Assembly: GCA_964561995.1 (NCBI GenBank)
Contig: CAZLQZ010000002.1
Location: 38,442 to 102,441, forward strand
Reading direction: 5' to 3'
DNA length: 64,000 bases
Source of the DNA: an uncultured Methanosarcinales archaeon
GTDB lineage: Archaea; Nanobdellota; Nanobdellia; Woesearchaeales; JABIAG01
Shown: piece after piece, positions 55,465 through 64,000 of the stretch
Layout of the letters: every line of letters begins with the position of its first letter
Numbering within the stretch: the stretch's first letter is position 1
Notes under the pieces: model-generated
What the model was told of the DNA's origin: nothing
Database searches by the model: none
Seen by the model: only the letters and a program-made list of their open reading frames with translations
Position numbers and translations under genes: made by a program

Positions 55465-56035
55465 CTAATTCTTTTTTTAAAGTTTGTTTAGTTTTACAAA
55501 TTCCTGGTTCATCTTTTAGAATTATGATGTCTCCTTCACTTTCAAATTCTGGTTTAATTGTGACATCATTAATTCCAATAACAAATGGATAATCTTGTTT
55601 CTCTGTCTTTAAATGTGGAAATCTATAAAAAAATAAAGTAGTGGCCTGGTCTTCACAAAAAGATCTAACAAAATTAATTCTATATGAACAATATGTTTCA
55701 ACAAGTTTTTTATGAAACTTAGTAACACTATATTTAGTATAATCAGGTTTTTCATGTTTTTTTAATCCATAATTTAATATTAATTGTTTTCGTAATTCTT
55801 TTTGAAGATGTTTTTTTTGTTCATCCATTTCTTTAACTACAAGATTAACAGCCTCTTCTAAGGGTCTTTTGCCTAAAGTAATTATGGTTATTGATTCTTC
55901 TGGGTGATTTGCTGCTAAAGCATATTCCATTAGCATATCTCCTGCTATTTGAGCATTTAATTTTGGATTTGATTTACAAAAAAAGTCTGTTAAATTACTA
56001 AATCCTTGACTCTTTTGTCTATATATTAACACCAT
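55454..56035 (-). CDS. hypothetical protein
   Basis: 193 aa. No confident family assignment. Confidence 0.25.
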   Translation of the reverse strand: MVLIYRQKSQGFSNLTDFFCKSNPKLNAQIAGDMLMEYALAANHPEESITIITLGKRPLEEAVNLVVKEMDEQKKHLQKELRKQLILNYGLKKHEKPDYTKYSVTKFHKKLVETYCSYRINFVRSFCEDQATTLFFYRFPHLKTEKQDYPFVIGINDVTIKPEFESEGDIIILKDEPGICKTKQTLKKELVKN

Positions 56036-56098
56036 TTACTTCTGGAGTGGGGTAACATTTAAATAGCTTACCGAAGAATTTTGTTAAAAAATAAAAAA

Positions 56099-57487
56099 TT
56101 ATATTTTTGTGATTTTATAACCTTCTTTTGAGTCTTTAATTTCATAACCTTTTTCTTTAATTTCATTCCTTAATTTGTCTGATTCTTCCCAATTTTTATT
56201 ATTTCTTACTTTGAGTCTTTTATCGGCTAGTTGTTTAATCTCATCAGGAATCTTTAATTTTTCATGTTGCATAATTCCTAAAACAGAATCAATATGTTGC
56301 ATGAAATCTTTAATTTCTTGAGCATTAGATTTACTAAATTTTTGTTTATTTATTTCAGTCATAAATTCAAACATTGCAGCTAATGCTCCAGAAATATTTA
56401 AATCATTATCTAAAGATTCTTCAAATTGTTCTTTGTACTTTTTTATAATGTTTGAAATTTCTTTATTATCGTTATCATTAACATCTTCTAAATTATCTAA
56501 AAAATTGTAAATTTTGTTTAACGTATTGGGTATGTTTTTCAGATTATCTTCTCTAAAATCTAATTTCTGTCTATAATGAGTAGAAAGTAATTCGTATCTT
56601 ATTGCCATGGAACTATAACCTTTTTCTAATAGATCTTTTAAGGTATAAAAGTTACCTGAACTTTTACTCATTTTTTCTCCATTAACTATTAAGTGTTCAT
56701 TATGTATCCAAAAATTACACATTTTTTTATCATATGCAGCTTCAGTTTGGGCAATCTCATTGGTATGGTGAGGAAATATCAAGTCTACTCCTCCTGTATG
56801 AATATCAAAGGGAATATTTAACACACCAGACATAACAGAACATTCAATGTGCCATCCTGGTCTTCCTTTTCCCAATTCAGTATCCCAAAATACTTCGCCA
56901 TCTTTTTTATCGTAAGCTTTCCATAATGCAAAATCTCTTACATCTTCTTTATCATATTCGTCTTTATTACTTAATCTTCCTTCTGCATTTTGTTTTAATT
57001 TTTCTGGATCAACTAATGCCAATTTACCATAGTCTTTGAATTTTGAAATACTAAAATAAACATCTCCATTTTCTGTTTTGTAAGCATAATCTTTTTCTAA
57101 TAATCTTTTAATTAATTCAACCATTCCTTTTATTTGGTCAGTTGCTTTTGGCATAGATTCAGGAATTTCAATATTTAATGTTTTTAGATCATTAAGAAAA
57201 GCTTCGGAATAAAATTCAGTAAATTCTTTTAATGATTTTCCTTCTTTTTGTGAATCTCTAATTGTTTTATCATCAACGTCTGTAAGGTTCATCACATGAT
57301 GTAATTTAAAACCTTTATATTTTAAGTATCTTCTAAGTAAATCTACAAAAATGTATGCTCTTAAATTTCCTATATGGACATAGTTATATACTGTGGGACC
57401 ACAGGAGTAGATTCTAACTTCATTATCTTTTAATGGTTTGAATATTTCTACTTTTCTTGTTAATGTGTTGAATAATTTAAGTGTCAT
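56099..57487 (-). CDS. cysS: cysteinyl-tRNA synthetase
   Basis: YSCGPTVYNYVHIGNLRAY (HIGH). Zn-binding Cys. KMSKSSGN. 462 aa. Confidence 0.85.
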   Translation of the reverse strand: MTLKLFNTLTRKVEIFKPLKDNEVRIYSCGPTVYNYVHIGNLRAYIFVDLLRRYLKYKGFKLHHVMNLTDVDDKTIRDSQKEGKSLKEFTEFYSEAFLNDLKTLNIEIPESMPKATDQIKGMVELIKRLLEKDYAYKTENGDVYFSISKFKDYGKLALVDPEKLKQNAEGRLSNKDEYDKEDVRDFALWKAYDKKDGEVFWDTELGKGRPGWHIECSVMSGVLNIPFDIHTGGVDLIFPHHTNEIAQTEAAYDKKMCNFWIHNEHLIVNGEKMSKSSGNFYTLKDLLEKGYSSMAIRYELLSTHYRQKLDFREDNLKNIPNTLNKIYNFLDNLEDVNDNDNKEISNIIKKYKEQFEESLDNDLNISGALAAMFEFMTEINKQKFSKSNAQEIKDFMQHIDSVLGIMQHEKLKIPDEIKQLADKRLKVRNNKNWEESDKLRNEIKEKGYEIKDSKEGYKITKI

Positions 57488-57612
57488 TTTATTGTTAAAA
57501 CCTCTGTTAGTTTATAATATTTTGGATTAAAGACTACGTAAAAGAAATTAGTAACAACAACAAATTGTTTTAATCATAATTATAAGAAATGTAATGATGT
57601 TTTTAAATCTTT

Positions 57613-58857
57613 TCAAATTATTTTAAGATCAACATTAAAGATTGTTTTACTTAGTTCACTAAGTTTATTATTATTTTCATGATTTTGTGATGAGTTGATA
57701 AGTTCATCCAATTTAGTAATCTCGTCATTGAGTCTGATTAATTCTTCTTTAGATCTTGATAGTTTTATTTCTTCTTCTTTTATTTTTTTATTAATTTCTA
57801 TGTTTTCAAGTTTAATGTTAAGTTCTTTATTTTTTTCATTAAGTTTATTGTGATTTATTTTAATATCTTTAAGTAAATTAGAATTTTTAATTGATTCTAA
57901 ACAATTTTTTTCTTGTTTTTCATTAAGGTTTAAAGTTTTAATACTTTTTTCTAATTGTTCTAAAATTGAAATAATCATTAATTCATTATCTTCTTGAAAA
58001 GCTTTAATTGGATTATCTATATATGTTTGAATTACATTTCCTTCTAAAGAAATTTTTTGATATTTTCTTAATGCTCTTGCTAGTACTGAAAAATATTCTT
58101 TTACTTTGTTAGAAATACTTTCAATTTCTTTTTCAACGTTTTTTCTTTCTTCATTAAGTTGATTAAATGATTTGTATTCTTCGCTTTCTTCTAATAATTT
58201 AGCATTTTCTTGTATTTTTTTAATTTGTTGAGTTAATTCTTCTTTTTTAATCTTTTTTTCTTTAAGATCTTTAATTTCAACTTCAATTTTTGCTTTTTCT
58301 TCTTTTAATGATGCGATTGTTAATTTTAATTCATTAATCTTATCTAATCCTGCTTTTTCTAATTTCTTTTTGAATTTGTTAACTTGAAGATTTATTTCAC
58401 CAATTGATTTGTAAACTGCTTGGACTTCATTAAAAAATAAATGTTGAGCTGCTTGATAGCTTTTTTGAGTTTTTTTAGCTAAATCGTCTAATTTTAAGTT
58501 TAAATCCGTATTAAAAGCAATTACTGTTTTCAAATCTCGTTTTTCTGAAATTATAAGATCATTAAAAAACCATGCAACATCTTTAGTAAAATTATTTCTA
58601 TTGACCAACACAATATTTCTTATTCTATTTTCAACTTTATATTTTTCACTTACTTTTGCTTCATTTAAAATTACTATTTTATCTTGAAGAATTTGTTTTT
58701 GTTCTGTTAATTTATTCAATAATTCTGAAATTTCAACACTTAAATCAATATTTAATAGTTTTTCATCTATCCATTTTTCTATTTCATCTATTTTAACTGT
58801 TTCTTTAGTTATTTCTTTTTGTTCTTCTTTGAACAATTTTTTAATGAATTTTAGCAT
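57613..58857 (-). CDS. long coiled-coil protein of unknown function
   Basis: 414 aa, K/E-rich heptad repeats throughout. Confidence 0.3.
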   Translation of the reverse strand: MLKFIKKLFKEEQKEITKETVKIDEIEKWIDEKLLNIDLSVEISELLNKLTEQKQILQDKIVILNEAKVSEKYKVENRIRNIVLVNRNNFTKDVAWFFNDLIISEKRDLKTVIAFNTDLNLKLDDLAKKTQKSYQAAQHLFFNEVQAVYKSIGEINLQVNKFKKKLEKAGLDKINELKLTIASLKEEKAKIEVEIKDLKEKKIKKEELTQQIKKIQENAKLLEESEEYKSFNQLNEERKNVEKEIESISNKVKEYFSVLARALRKYQKISLEGNVIQTYIDNPIKAFQEDNELMIISILEQLEKSIKTLNLNEKQEKNCLESIKNSNLLKDIKINHNKLNEKNKELNIKLENIEINKKIKEEEIKLSRSKEELIRLNDEITKLDELINSSQNHENNNKLSELSKTIFNVDLKII

Positions 58858-58899
58858 AATTGTTAAGAATGCAATGGTTCTTATAAATATTTTTAATAT

Positions 58900-59649
58900 T
58901 TACTTGTTAATAATATAAAATAACTCACTTTCTGTTTCTATATATTCAAAATTTATATCTAGTCTTTCTAACATCAAATCCATCCATCCTCTTTTAGGAA
59001 AGTTCATGGGATTTCCAGCTAAAGTTTTAGTAGAAAATGAAATTACCAAATTTTTAGTAGGTAAATCTTTAATTAAATTTTCAGTAATTTTATGCCCTCT
59101 GCCAAGTTCTAAACTATCGACTAGTTTAAGTAGAAAATAAATGTCCGCAATAGGAAACTTTTTGATTTCTAAAACATCTTTACAGTAAGCTTTTCCATTT
59201 ATTTTATTTTTTTCAAAGAATTTATTTATTTCTTTAACTTGTTCTTGATTAATTTCATAGGCAATATATTCCGGATTGCATTCTAATTGTTTGTATGATT
59301 GAGGATTTAAACCACTTCCTAAATCAACTATTTTTTTTGGTTTTTTAGTAAGTTCAAATATTTTTTTGTATATAGAATAATCTCTGTCTTTTGTTGATAA
59401 ATGATCTAATCCTTTGGCTTTAGTAAATACACCAATACCTTTGTGTAAGTTTGTTTTTACCGATTTAACTAAATCTTGAAAATGTTTTTTCTTTTCTAAC
59501 TTGTTGATTAGAGCTGGATTATTTCTTAATTGTTTAATAATTTCTTTTTTAATAACTTCTTTACTAATTTCTTTATATTTGCCTGTTGACGCTGCAATAA
59601 CTAGCTCATCGAATTTTTTCTCATTTAATTCTTTACTATATATTTTCAT
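58900..59649 (-). CDS. putative SAM-dependent methyltransferase-like protein
   Basis: VDLGSGLNP glycine-rich motif I-like segment. Confidence 0.35.
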   Translation of the reverse strand: MKIYSKELNEKKFDELVIAASTGKYKEISKEVIKKEIIKQLRNNPALINKLEKKKHFQDLVKSVKTNLHKGIGVFTKAKGLDHLSTKDRDYSIYKKIFELTKKPKKIVDLGSGLNPQSYKQLECNPEYIAYEINQEQVKEINKFFEKNKINGKAYCKDVLEIKKFPIADIYFLLKLVDSLELGRGHKITENLIKDLPTKNLVISFSTKTLAGNPMNFPKRGWMDLMLERLDINFEYIETESELFYIINK

Positions 59650-59687
59650 ATTAAGTACTAATTAGTTTGAATATTTAAAATGTTTCC

Positions 59688-60365
59688 TTAGATTGCTTGA
59701 AGAACGTATTTTTTATCCATTCCTAAACTCCAGTTCTGAATTGCTCTAACTAAGGCATTTTTTCTACTTTTATTTAATGGAACTGTAATTCTTTGTTCTT
59801 CATAGGGTATGTGATGCATTAAAGTTGGAATTTTTTGTCTAATTTTATGAAAAGATTCATATTTTGAACTATGTTGTATTGCAATCATGGAAGATATTAA
59901 GTCTGCTAAATTAATTATTGGTATGCTTTTATCTCCAGATTGGACTAAATTAATTTTTTTATGACTAATGTTAAACCCCCTAGCTTTCATATATTGTTGA
60001 AGGATATCAACACTTTTTTGTTCAGAATTATAAAATTGATCAATATAAATTTCTGTATTTTTAGCGTCATAGCCTTTTGCAGTAACTATGTGAGCAATAC
60101 TTGCATGCTGAACTTCTTGCATAGAAAATCCTGAAGATCTAGCTAGTGTCCAATAATAATTATCTAATCCTTTTTCAAACATTTCATCTAAAGATGGAAA
60201 ATTTTCTTCTCCATTAAGAATATCTTTTGCTTTTAAAAGTGCATTCCATCCTAAATCTATTGTTAATTCTGGGTTAGAGGTCTCAGCAACAACGATTACT
60301 CGCTGACTGCCTAAATAAAGTGGAGTTTCGTCTATACCTAAGTATTTCATACTTTTTAAAGGCAT
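59688..60365 (-). CDS. hypothetical protein, possibly DUF99/UPF0215-like
   Basis: N-terminal YLGIDETP...RVIVVAE resembles the GIDD start of the archaeal UPF0215 family. Low confidence. Confidence 0.25.
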   Translation of the reverse strand: MPLKSMKYLGIDETPLYLGSQRVIVVAETSNPELTIDLGWNALLKAKDILNGEENFPSLDEMFEKGLDNYYWTLARSSGFSMQEVQHASIAHIVTAKGYDAKNTEIYIDQFYNSEQKSVDILQQYMKARGFNISHKKINLVQSGDKSIPIINLADLISSMIAIQHSSKYESFHKIRQKIPTLMHHIPYEEQRITVPLNKSRKNALVRAIQNWSLGMDKKYVLQAI

Positions 60366-60407
60366 ATTTTATTTATTATTATTGTGGTTTTAGAAAAGAG
60401 TATATTT

Positions 60408-61493
60408 TTATGAAATTAATTTTTTAAAAAAGTATTTACTATTTAATACACTGTTAGTATTTATTTTTCTTTTAATATTTTTTTTACTAAAATTGTTTGA
60501 AAAATTTAATCTATCCTGAGCTTCTTCAATTATTTTTTTTGGATGAGAAAATATTTGATATGCAGAAAATATGCCCGCTGTAAGTCCTGTTAAAAAACTT
60601 CCAAATCCAAATAGTCCTGGATTTGTTTGTCCAATTTTAATTCCAAGATAAGCACCTAAAAATGGACTTGCAAAACTAATTGCTCGATTTCCTATCATAA
60701 AAAGTTCTCCCCCTGTATTAGTTTCATTCATTTCAAAATTATAACTAGAAATTTGAACATTTGTAACTTCGGATTCAAGTAATTTTCCAAAACAACCATC
60801 AGTTGTAATTCCACCCTTTATTTCGACATTGATTCGATGAAAATTGTGCCAGCATTTCCATCCTAATTTTGTAATTCCATATCTTAATTCTTGAATGTGC
60901 GGTATTACGTAATTGACATTTGCTTTAAAAGGTGTGACATAATTTTCTAATACACAAATATTTTTTTTTACATCTTGTTCAAAAGGTATTAACAAATCTT
61001 CATCTATTTTATTTAAAGTAGATTTTTTACCTAATTGAATTATTATTGGAATTACTTCTGAAGTCCTAGAAGCATAATTATTTGGCATATTTGCATTGTT
61101 ATCAATTATATTGATTAGAGGATTAACAATTTTAGATTCATATCTTTTTCCAGTAATCATGTCTTTTACAGTAACACTATTTTCTTTTTTATCAACAATA
61201 TAAGGTCTTGATTGTATAGTTGGTCTAGCAAAAGTGTAATCTGTATTTGTTGGGTCCCAAAAAAGCATATCTGATAAATCTGGAACTGGTCCATGTAAAT
61301 AAACAGTTGATCCATGAGAATAATTTCTTTTTTCTTGCCATTCTTGAATTCCTTGTTCAACTTTTGTTTTAAATTCATTTTTTACAGAAAATAAATGATC
61401 TTCTGAAAATAAAGTTTCATAATTAGCAATTCTATTACGAATAATTTCTTCTAATACATTTGGACTTAAAGTAGCTTTAATTATTTCTACCAT
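60408..61493 (-). CDS. hypothetical protein with a C-terminal glycine-zipper TM helix
   Basis: 361 aa. C-terminal GLFGFGSFLTGLTAGIFSAY. No recognised N-terminal domain. Confidence 0.3.
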   Translation of the reverse strand: MVEIIKATLSPNVLEEIIRNRIANYETLFSEDHLFSVKNEFKTKVEQGIQEWQEKRNYSHGSTVYLHGPVPDLSDMLFWDPTNTDYTFARPTIQSRPYIVDKKENSVTVKDMITGKRYESKIVNPLINIIDNNANMPNNYASRTSEVIPIIIQLGKKSTLNKIDEDLLIPFEQDVKKNICVLENYVTPFKANVNYVIPHIQELRYGITKLGWKCWHNFHRINVEIKGGITTDGCFGKLLESEVTNVQISSYNFEMNETNTGGELFMIGNRAISFASPFLGAYLGIKIGQTNPGLFGFGSFLTGLTAGIFSAYQIFSHPKKIIEEAQDRLNFSNNFSKKNIKRKINTNSVLNSKYFFKKLIS

Positions 61494-61495
61494 TT

Positions 61496-62515
61496 CTATT
61501 TATATTCTCCAAATTTATTTTTAAATTCACCATTACTTAAACCGCCACTCATATTCATAATTGGAAATCCTTCTAAATCTCTTAATGCTTGCATAAATAA
61601 TGCATACTTTGGTTCAATATCTGCTTTTTTTGCACCTTCTCCAATTCCTTCAAGATTCATTTTTGTTTTTATTTTATCGTAAATTGGATTTCCATCTAAA
61701 TCTGGTTTTTCTGAAGAACCAGTCAAATTATTTTGATATTGAAGCATAACTAATGCACCAAATTCTGGTCCTAATGACTGACTTAATTGAATTGCAAGAT
61801 TGGAAAATATTTCTGCTTCTTTTGTTTTATAATTAATGTTTAATTCATATTCTCTTGCTTTAAGGTCTAGTTCTGCTGAGCCAGTAATTCTTCTTATATT
61901 TGCATCTTTTTGTGCTTTGATTTCAGCAATTGCTTTTTGTAATTCTTCTTTTGCTTTAAGGATTGGTCCTTTTACATTTGTTTCATAATCCATTTCTGGC
62001 ACTTCACTAATAACTTCTGGAAATATGATGTTTGTTAATTCAATATTTTCAGTTTTTATTCCCCAATAAGAAGTTTCACTTTGTAAAAAGTTTTCAATAT
62101 TTTCTCTTAAAATACTTCTATTATTATAAATTGCTTTCCAAGTGTGATCTCTTGCAATTTTTTCACTTCCTTGTCCTCTTAATAATGTTTCTAATTCTTC
62201 ATCTAAATCAGAAGGTGCATTTTCCATATAGTTTCGTGGGTTTTCAATTCTATATCTGGTTGATAAAGAAATATCTAATTTAAATCCAGCATCAAATTTT
62301 GAATTATCACTTTTACATATTGCTGAAAATGATGTTTTATATCTATGTGGTTCTAATGATACAATTGCAACTTGATGTAATCTTGGAATGCCAATTTTAA
62401 AACCGGGTTCTTTTATGTCAACAATTCTTCCTCCAAAAGTTACAATACCTCTCTCGTGAGGATTAATTCTTTGAATCCATCTTACATCTTTATATTCTGG
62501 TTTTTCAAATGTCAT
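61496..62515 (-). CDS. SPFH/band-7 (stomatin/flotillin-like) domain protein lacking an N-terminal TM segment
   Basis: VDIKEPGFKIGIPRLHQVAIVS plus a long coiled-coil region typical of SPFH proteins. No hydrophobic N-terminus. Confidence 0.5.
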   Translation of the reverse strand: MTFEKPEYKDVRWIQRINPHERGIVTFGGRIVDIKEPGFKIGIPRLHQVAIVSLEPHRYKTSFSAICKSDNSKFDAGFKLDISLSTRYRIENPRNYMENAPSDLDEELETLLRGQGSEKIARDHTWKAIYNNRSILRENIENFLQSETSYWGIKTENIELTNIIFPEVISEVPEMDYETNVKGPILKAKEELQKAIAEIKAQKDANIRRITGSAELDLKAREYELNINYKTKEAEIFSNLAIQLSQSLGPEFGALVMLQYQNNLTGSSEKPDLDGNPIYDKIKTKMNLEGIGEGAKKADIEPKYALFMQALRDLEGFPIMNMSGGLSNGEFKNKFGEYK

Positions 62516-62641
62516 ATTTTATTTAAGGAAGTAATTTAATTTAATTAATAAAGTTTTGGCAAGGAAAGGGCCAGAGTTCATCCCTGCCCAGTAGTTAAAA
62601 TCAAAACATTTAAATATCAGTAATACATTCCTTTTATTAGA

Positions 62642-62995
62642 ATGAGTTATTTAAGAAATACAGTTGGTGCATTGCTTGCAAGTGTTGCTTTAGCTAGTAC
62701 TGCAATGGGCGGAGAATTAGAAAGAAAGCTAGGTTTTCCCCTTAATGAAGAAAATGCAGTAACAAAACAAGAAAAAGCCTTAGTTCAAAAAGCAAATCAA
62801 AAATTTAATTCTTTAGAACAACAAGAAAAACTTTTAGATTTTTATAAAAAATGTGTTAAAGATGCTAATTTAACTGATTCAAAATATCAAATGGGAATTT
62901 TAAGAGGGGAAGAAAAAGTAGAAACTTTAAGAAATCAAGTTCAGAATTATGCTTTTTTAGTTCCTGAATATACCAAACAGTTATCCCAAAAGTAA
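62642..62995 (+). CDS. small secreted protein
   Basis: 117 aa with N-terminal signal peptide. Confidence 0.3.
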   Translation: MSYLRNTVGALLASVALASTAMGGELERKLGFPLNEENAVTKQEKALVQKANQKFNSLEQQEKLLDFYKKCVKDANLTDSKYQMGILRGEEKVETLRNQVQNYAFLVPEYTKQLSQK

Positions 62996-63766
62996 ATGCC
63001 ATTTTTCACTTTCATTATCAGAAAGATTCATTTTGTCAATAGCTTTCTTAATTTTAGCAATTTGATGCTCATTTAAATTTTCTTTTGCATCTAAAAATTT
63101 CAAATATAAATCTGCGAAACTTTTTTTATTTAATTTGACAATCTCATTAATTTTTATTCCAAATTTGCTAAAAGCGATTACAATGTCATTATCCTTTGAA
63201 TATTCTTCTAAAAGATTGGTTGCTTTTTTAAGAAGTGTTAATTGTTTAATTAAACTTTCAACAGAATTATTTCTTGTTGCTTTTTCAAATTCATTTAATA
63301 ATTTAATTAATTTTGGAAAATCTTGACTTACAACTTTTTGTGCTTTTTCCCCAATAATTTCTCCAACTTTAACTTCAGTTAATACTTTTGCCATTCTAGC
63401 AATACACATTGCTTTAACTCCTGCTTTAGAGTACCACCTAGCTTTTTCCATTTCATCAAGGTTTTGTTGTTCAACATCCATAATTTGTTTTCTTAATGCT
63501 TTTTCGCTTAATTCTTCAACAACTTTTAAAGCATAATCTCTTTGAATTAAAAGAATTAAATCGTATAAATCTTTTGCATCTTTATGATTAATTAAAGAAC
63601 CTTTTTTTATTATGTGTATTTTGTTATTAATAACTAATTCAGCTTGTGATTTTAAACTTAAAGCTTCTGTGGTACTTGCTATTGTTTTTGGTTGTCCAAG
63701 TAATGCTGCACCTAAAGCTGTAGCAAGATAAAGTTTTTTAAGCCAATTTTTTTTTAACTTACTCAT
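62981..63766 (-). CDS. secreted alpha-helical protein
   Basis: 261 aa. Signal peptide MSKLKKNWLKKLYLATALGAALLG. Confidence 0.3.
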   Translation of the reverse strand: MSKLKKNWLKKLYLATALGAALLGQPKTIASTTEALSLKSQAELVINNKIHIIKKGSLINHKDAKDLYDLILLIQRDYALKVVEELSEKALRKQIMDVEQQNLDEMEKARWYSKAGVKAMCIARMAKVLTEVKVGEIIGEKAQKVVSQDFPKLIKLLNEFEKATRNNSVESLIKQLTLLKKATNLLEEYSKDNDIVIAFSKFGIKINEIVKLNKKSFADLYLKFLDAKENLNEHQIAKIKKAIDKMNLSDNESEKWHLLLG

Positions 63767-63796
63767 AGTCTTATTAAGAAAACTTCTTATTTAAAT

Positions 63797-64000
63797 CTAT
63801 TTCTTTTTTACAACAATCATTACATGATCTTTTTCAAAAGGTTCTAAACTTCTAAAATCAACAATTGTTAATTCTTTTTCTAATTGAGCACGTACTTTTC
63901 TAAAAATATCTCTTGGACGAGCAGAAATGTCAACACTTCTCGCTTTAACTGCAATCATTCCAAATCCACCTTTTTTAAGATATTTATTTACGTTTTTTAA
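63797..64000 (-). CDS. 3' end of a gene that continues beyond the window (C-terminus ...GMIAVKARSVDISARPRDIFRKVRAQLEKELTIVDFRSLEPFEKDHVMIVVKKK)
   Basis: Open frame on the minus strand running to the window edge. TAG stop at 63797-63799. Confidence 0.3.
   Translation of the reverse strand, partial: LKNVNKYLKKGGFGMIAVKARSVDISARPRDIFRKVRAQLEKELTIVDFRSLEPFEKDHVMIVVKKK

Noticed and set aside
1-64000. Looked for CRISPR arrays, rRNA genes, transposases and integrases across the window
   Set aside because: No regularly spaced 25-40-nt repeats with unique spacers, no rRNA-like GC-rich conserved blocks, and no recognisable transposase or integrase ORFs were seen.

Overview
This is an AT-rich (about 28-30% GC), gene-dense window that is almost certainly archaeal. 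The evidence is an AglB/STT3 oligosaccharyltransferase with a WWDFG motif, a tRNA-Trp carrying an archaeal-type intron 3' of the anticodon, and an anaerobic class III ribonucleotide reductase. The K/N/I-rich, compact proteome suggests a DPANN-like lineage, but this is inference. The first ~32 kb is a large protein-glycosylation island. It holds GT2 and GT4 glycosyltransferases, several large GT-C-like membrane proteins, a Wzx-type flippase, an NDP-sugar epimerase plus WbpB/WbpD/WbpE-like genes, an AsnB-like amidotransferase, six SAM methyltransferases and aglB. It also holds a kinase, two nucleotidyltransferases (one fused to an aminotransferase) and a CDP-alcohol phosphotransferase, which suggest a phospho-headgroup decoration route. 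Next comes a run of four secreted, very acidic, putatively surface proteins with strong GGGGGT-type ribosome-binding sites and hairpin/T-tract terminators. After that are nrdR-nrdD-nrdG and the tRNA-Trp. Beside the tRNA is a GC-richer 150-bp array of TGAGACT heptamers with 11-bp phasing, directly upstream of a small coiled-coil/HTH gene. The rest contains a sequon-rich surface glycoprotein gene interrupted by a single in-frame TAA, a secreted two-HKD PLD-family protein, a sodium:solute symporter, a Lon-type protease-domain protein without an ATPase, ValRS, CysRS, and a five-gene operon of unknown function that includes a TM-less SPFH protein. No rRNA, CRISPR, transposase or integrase was recognised. 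All calls come from reading the supplied translations and sequence by eye, with no database searches, so family assignments are motif-level inferences.
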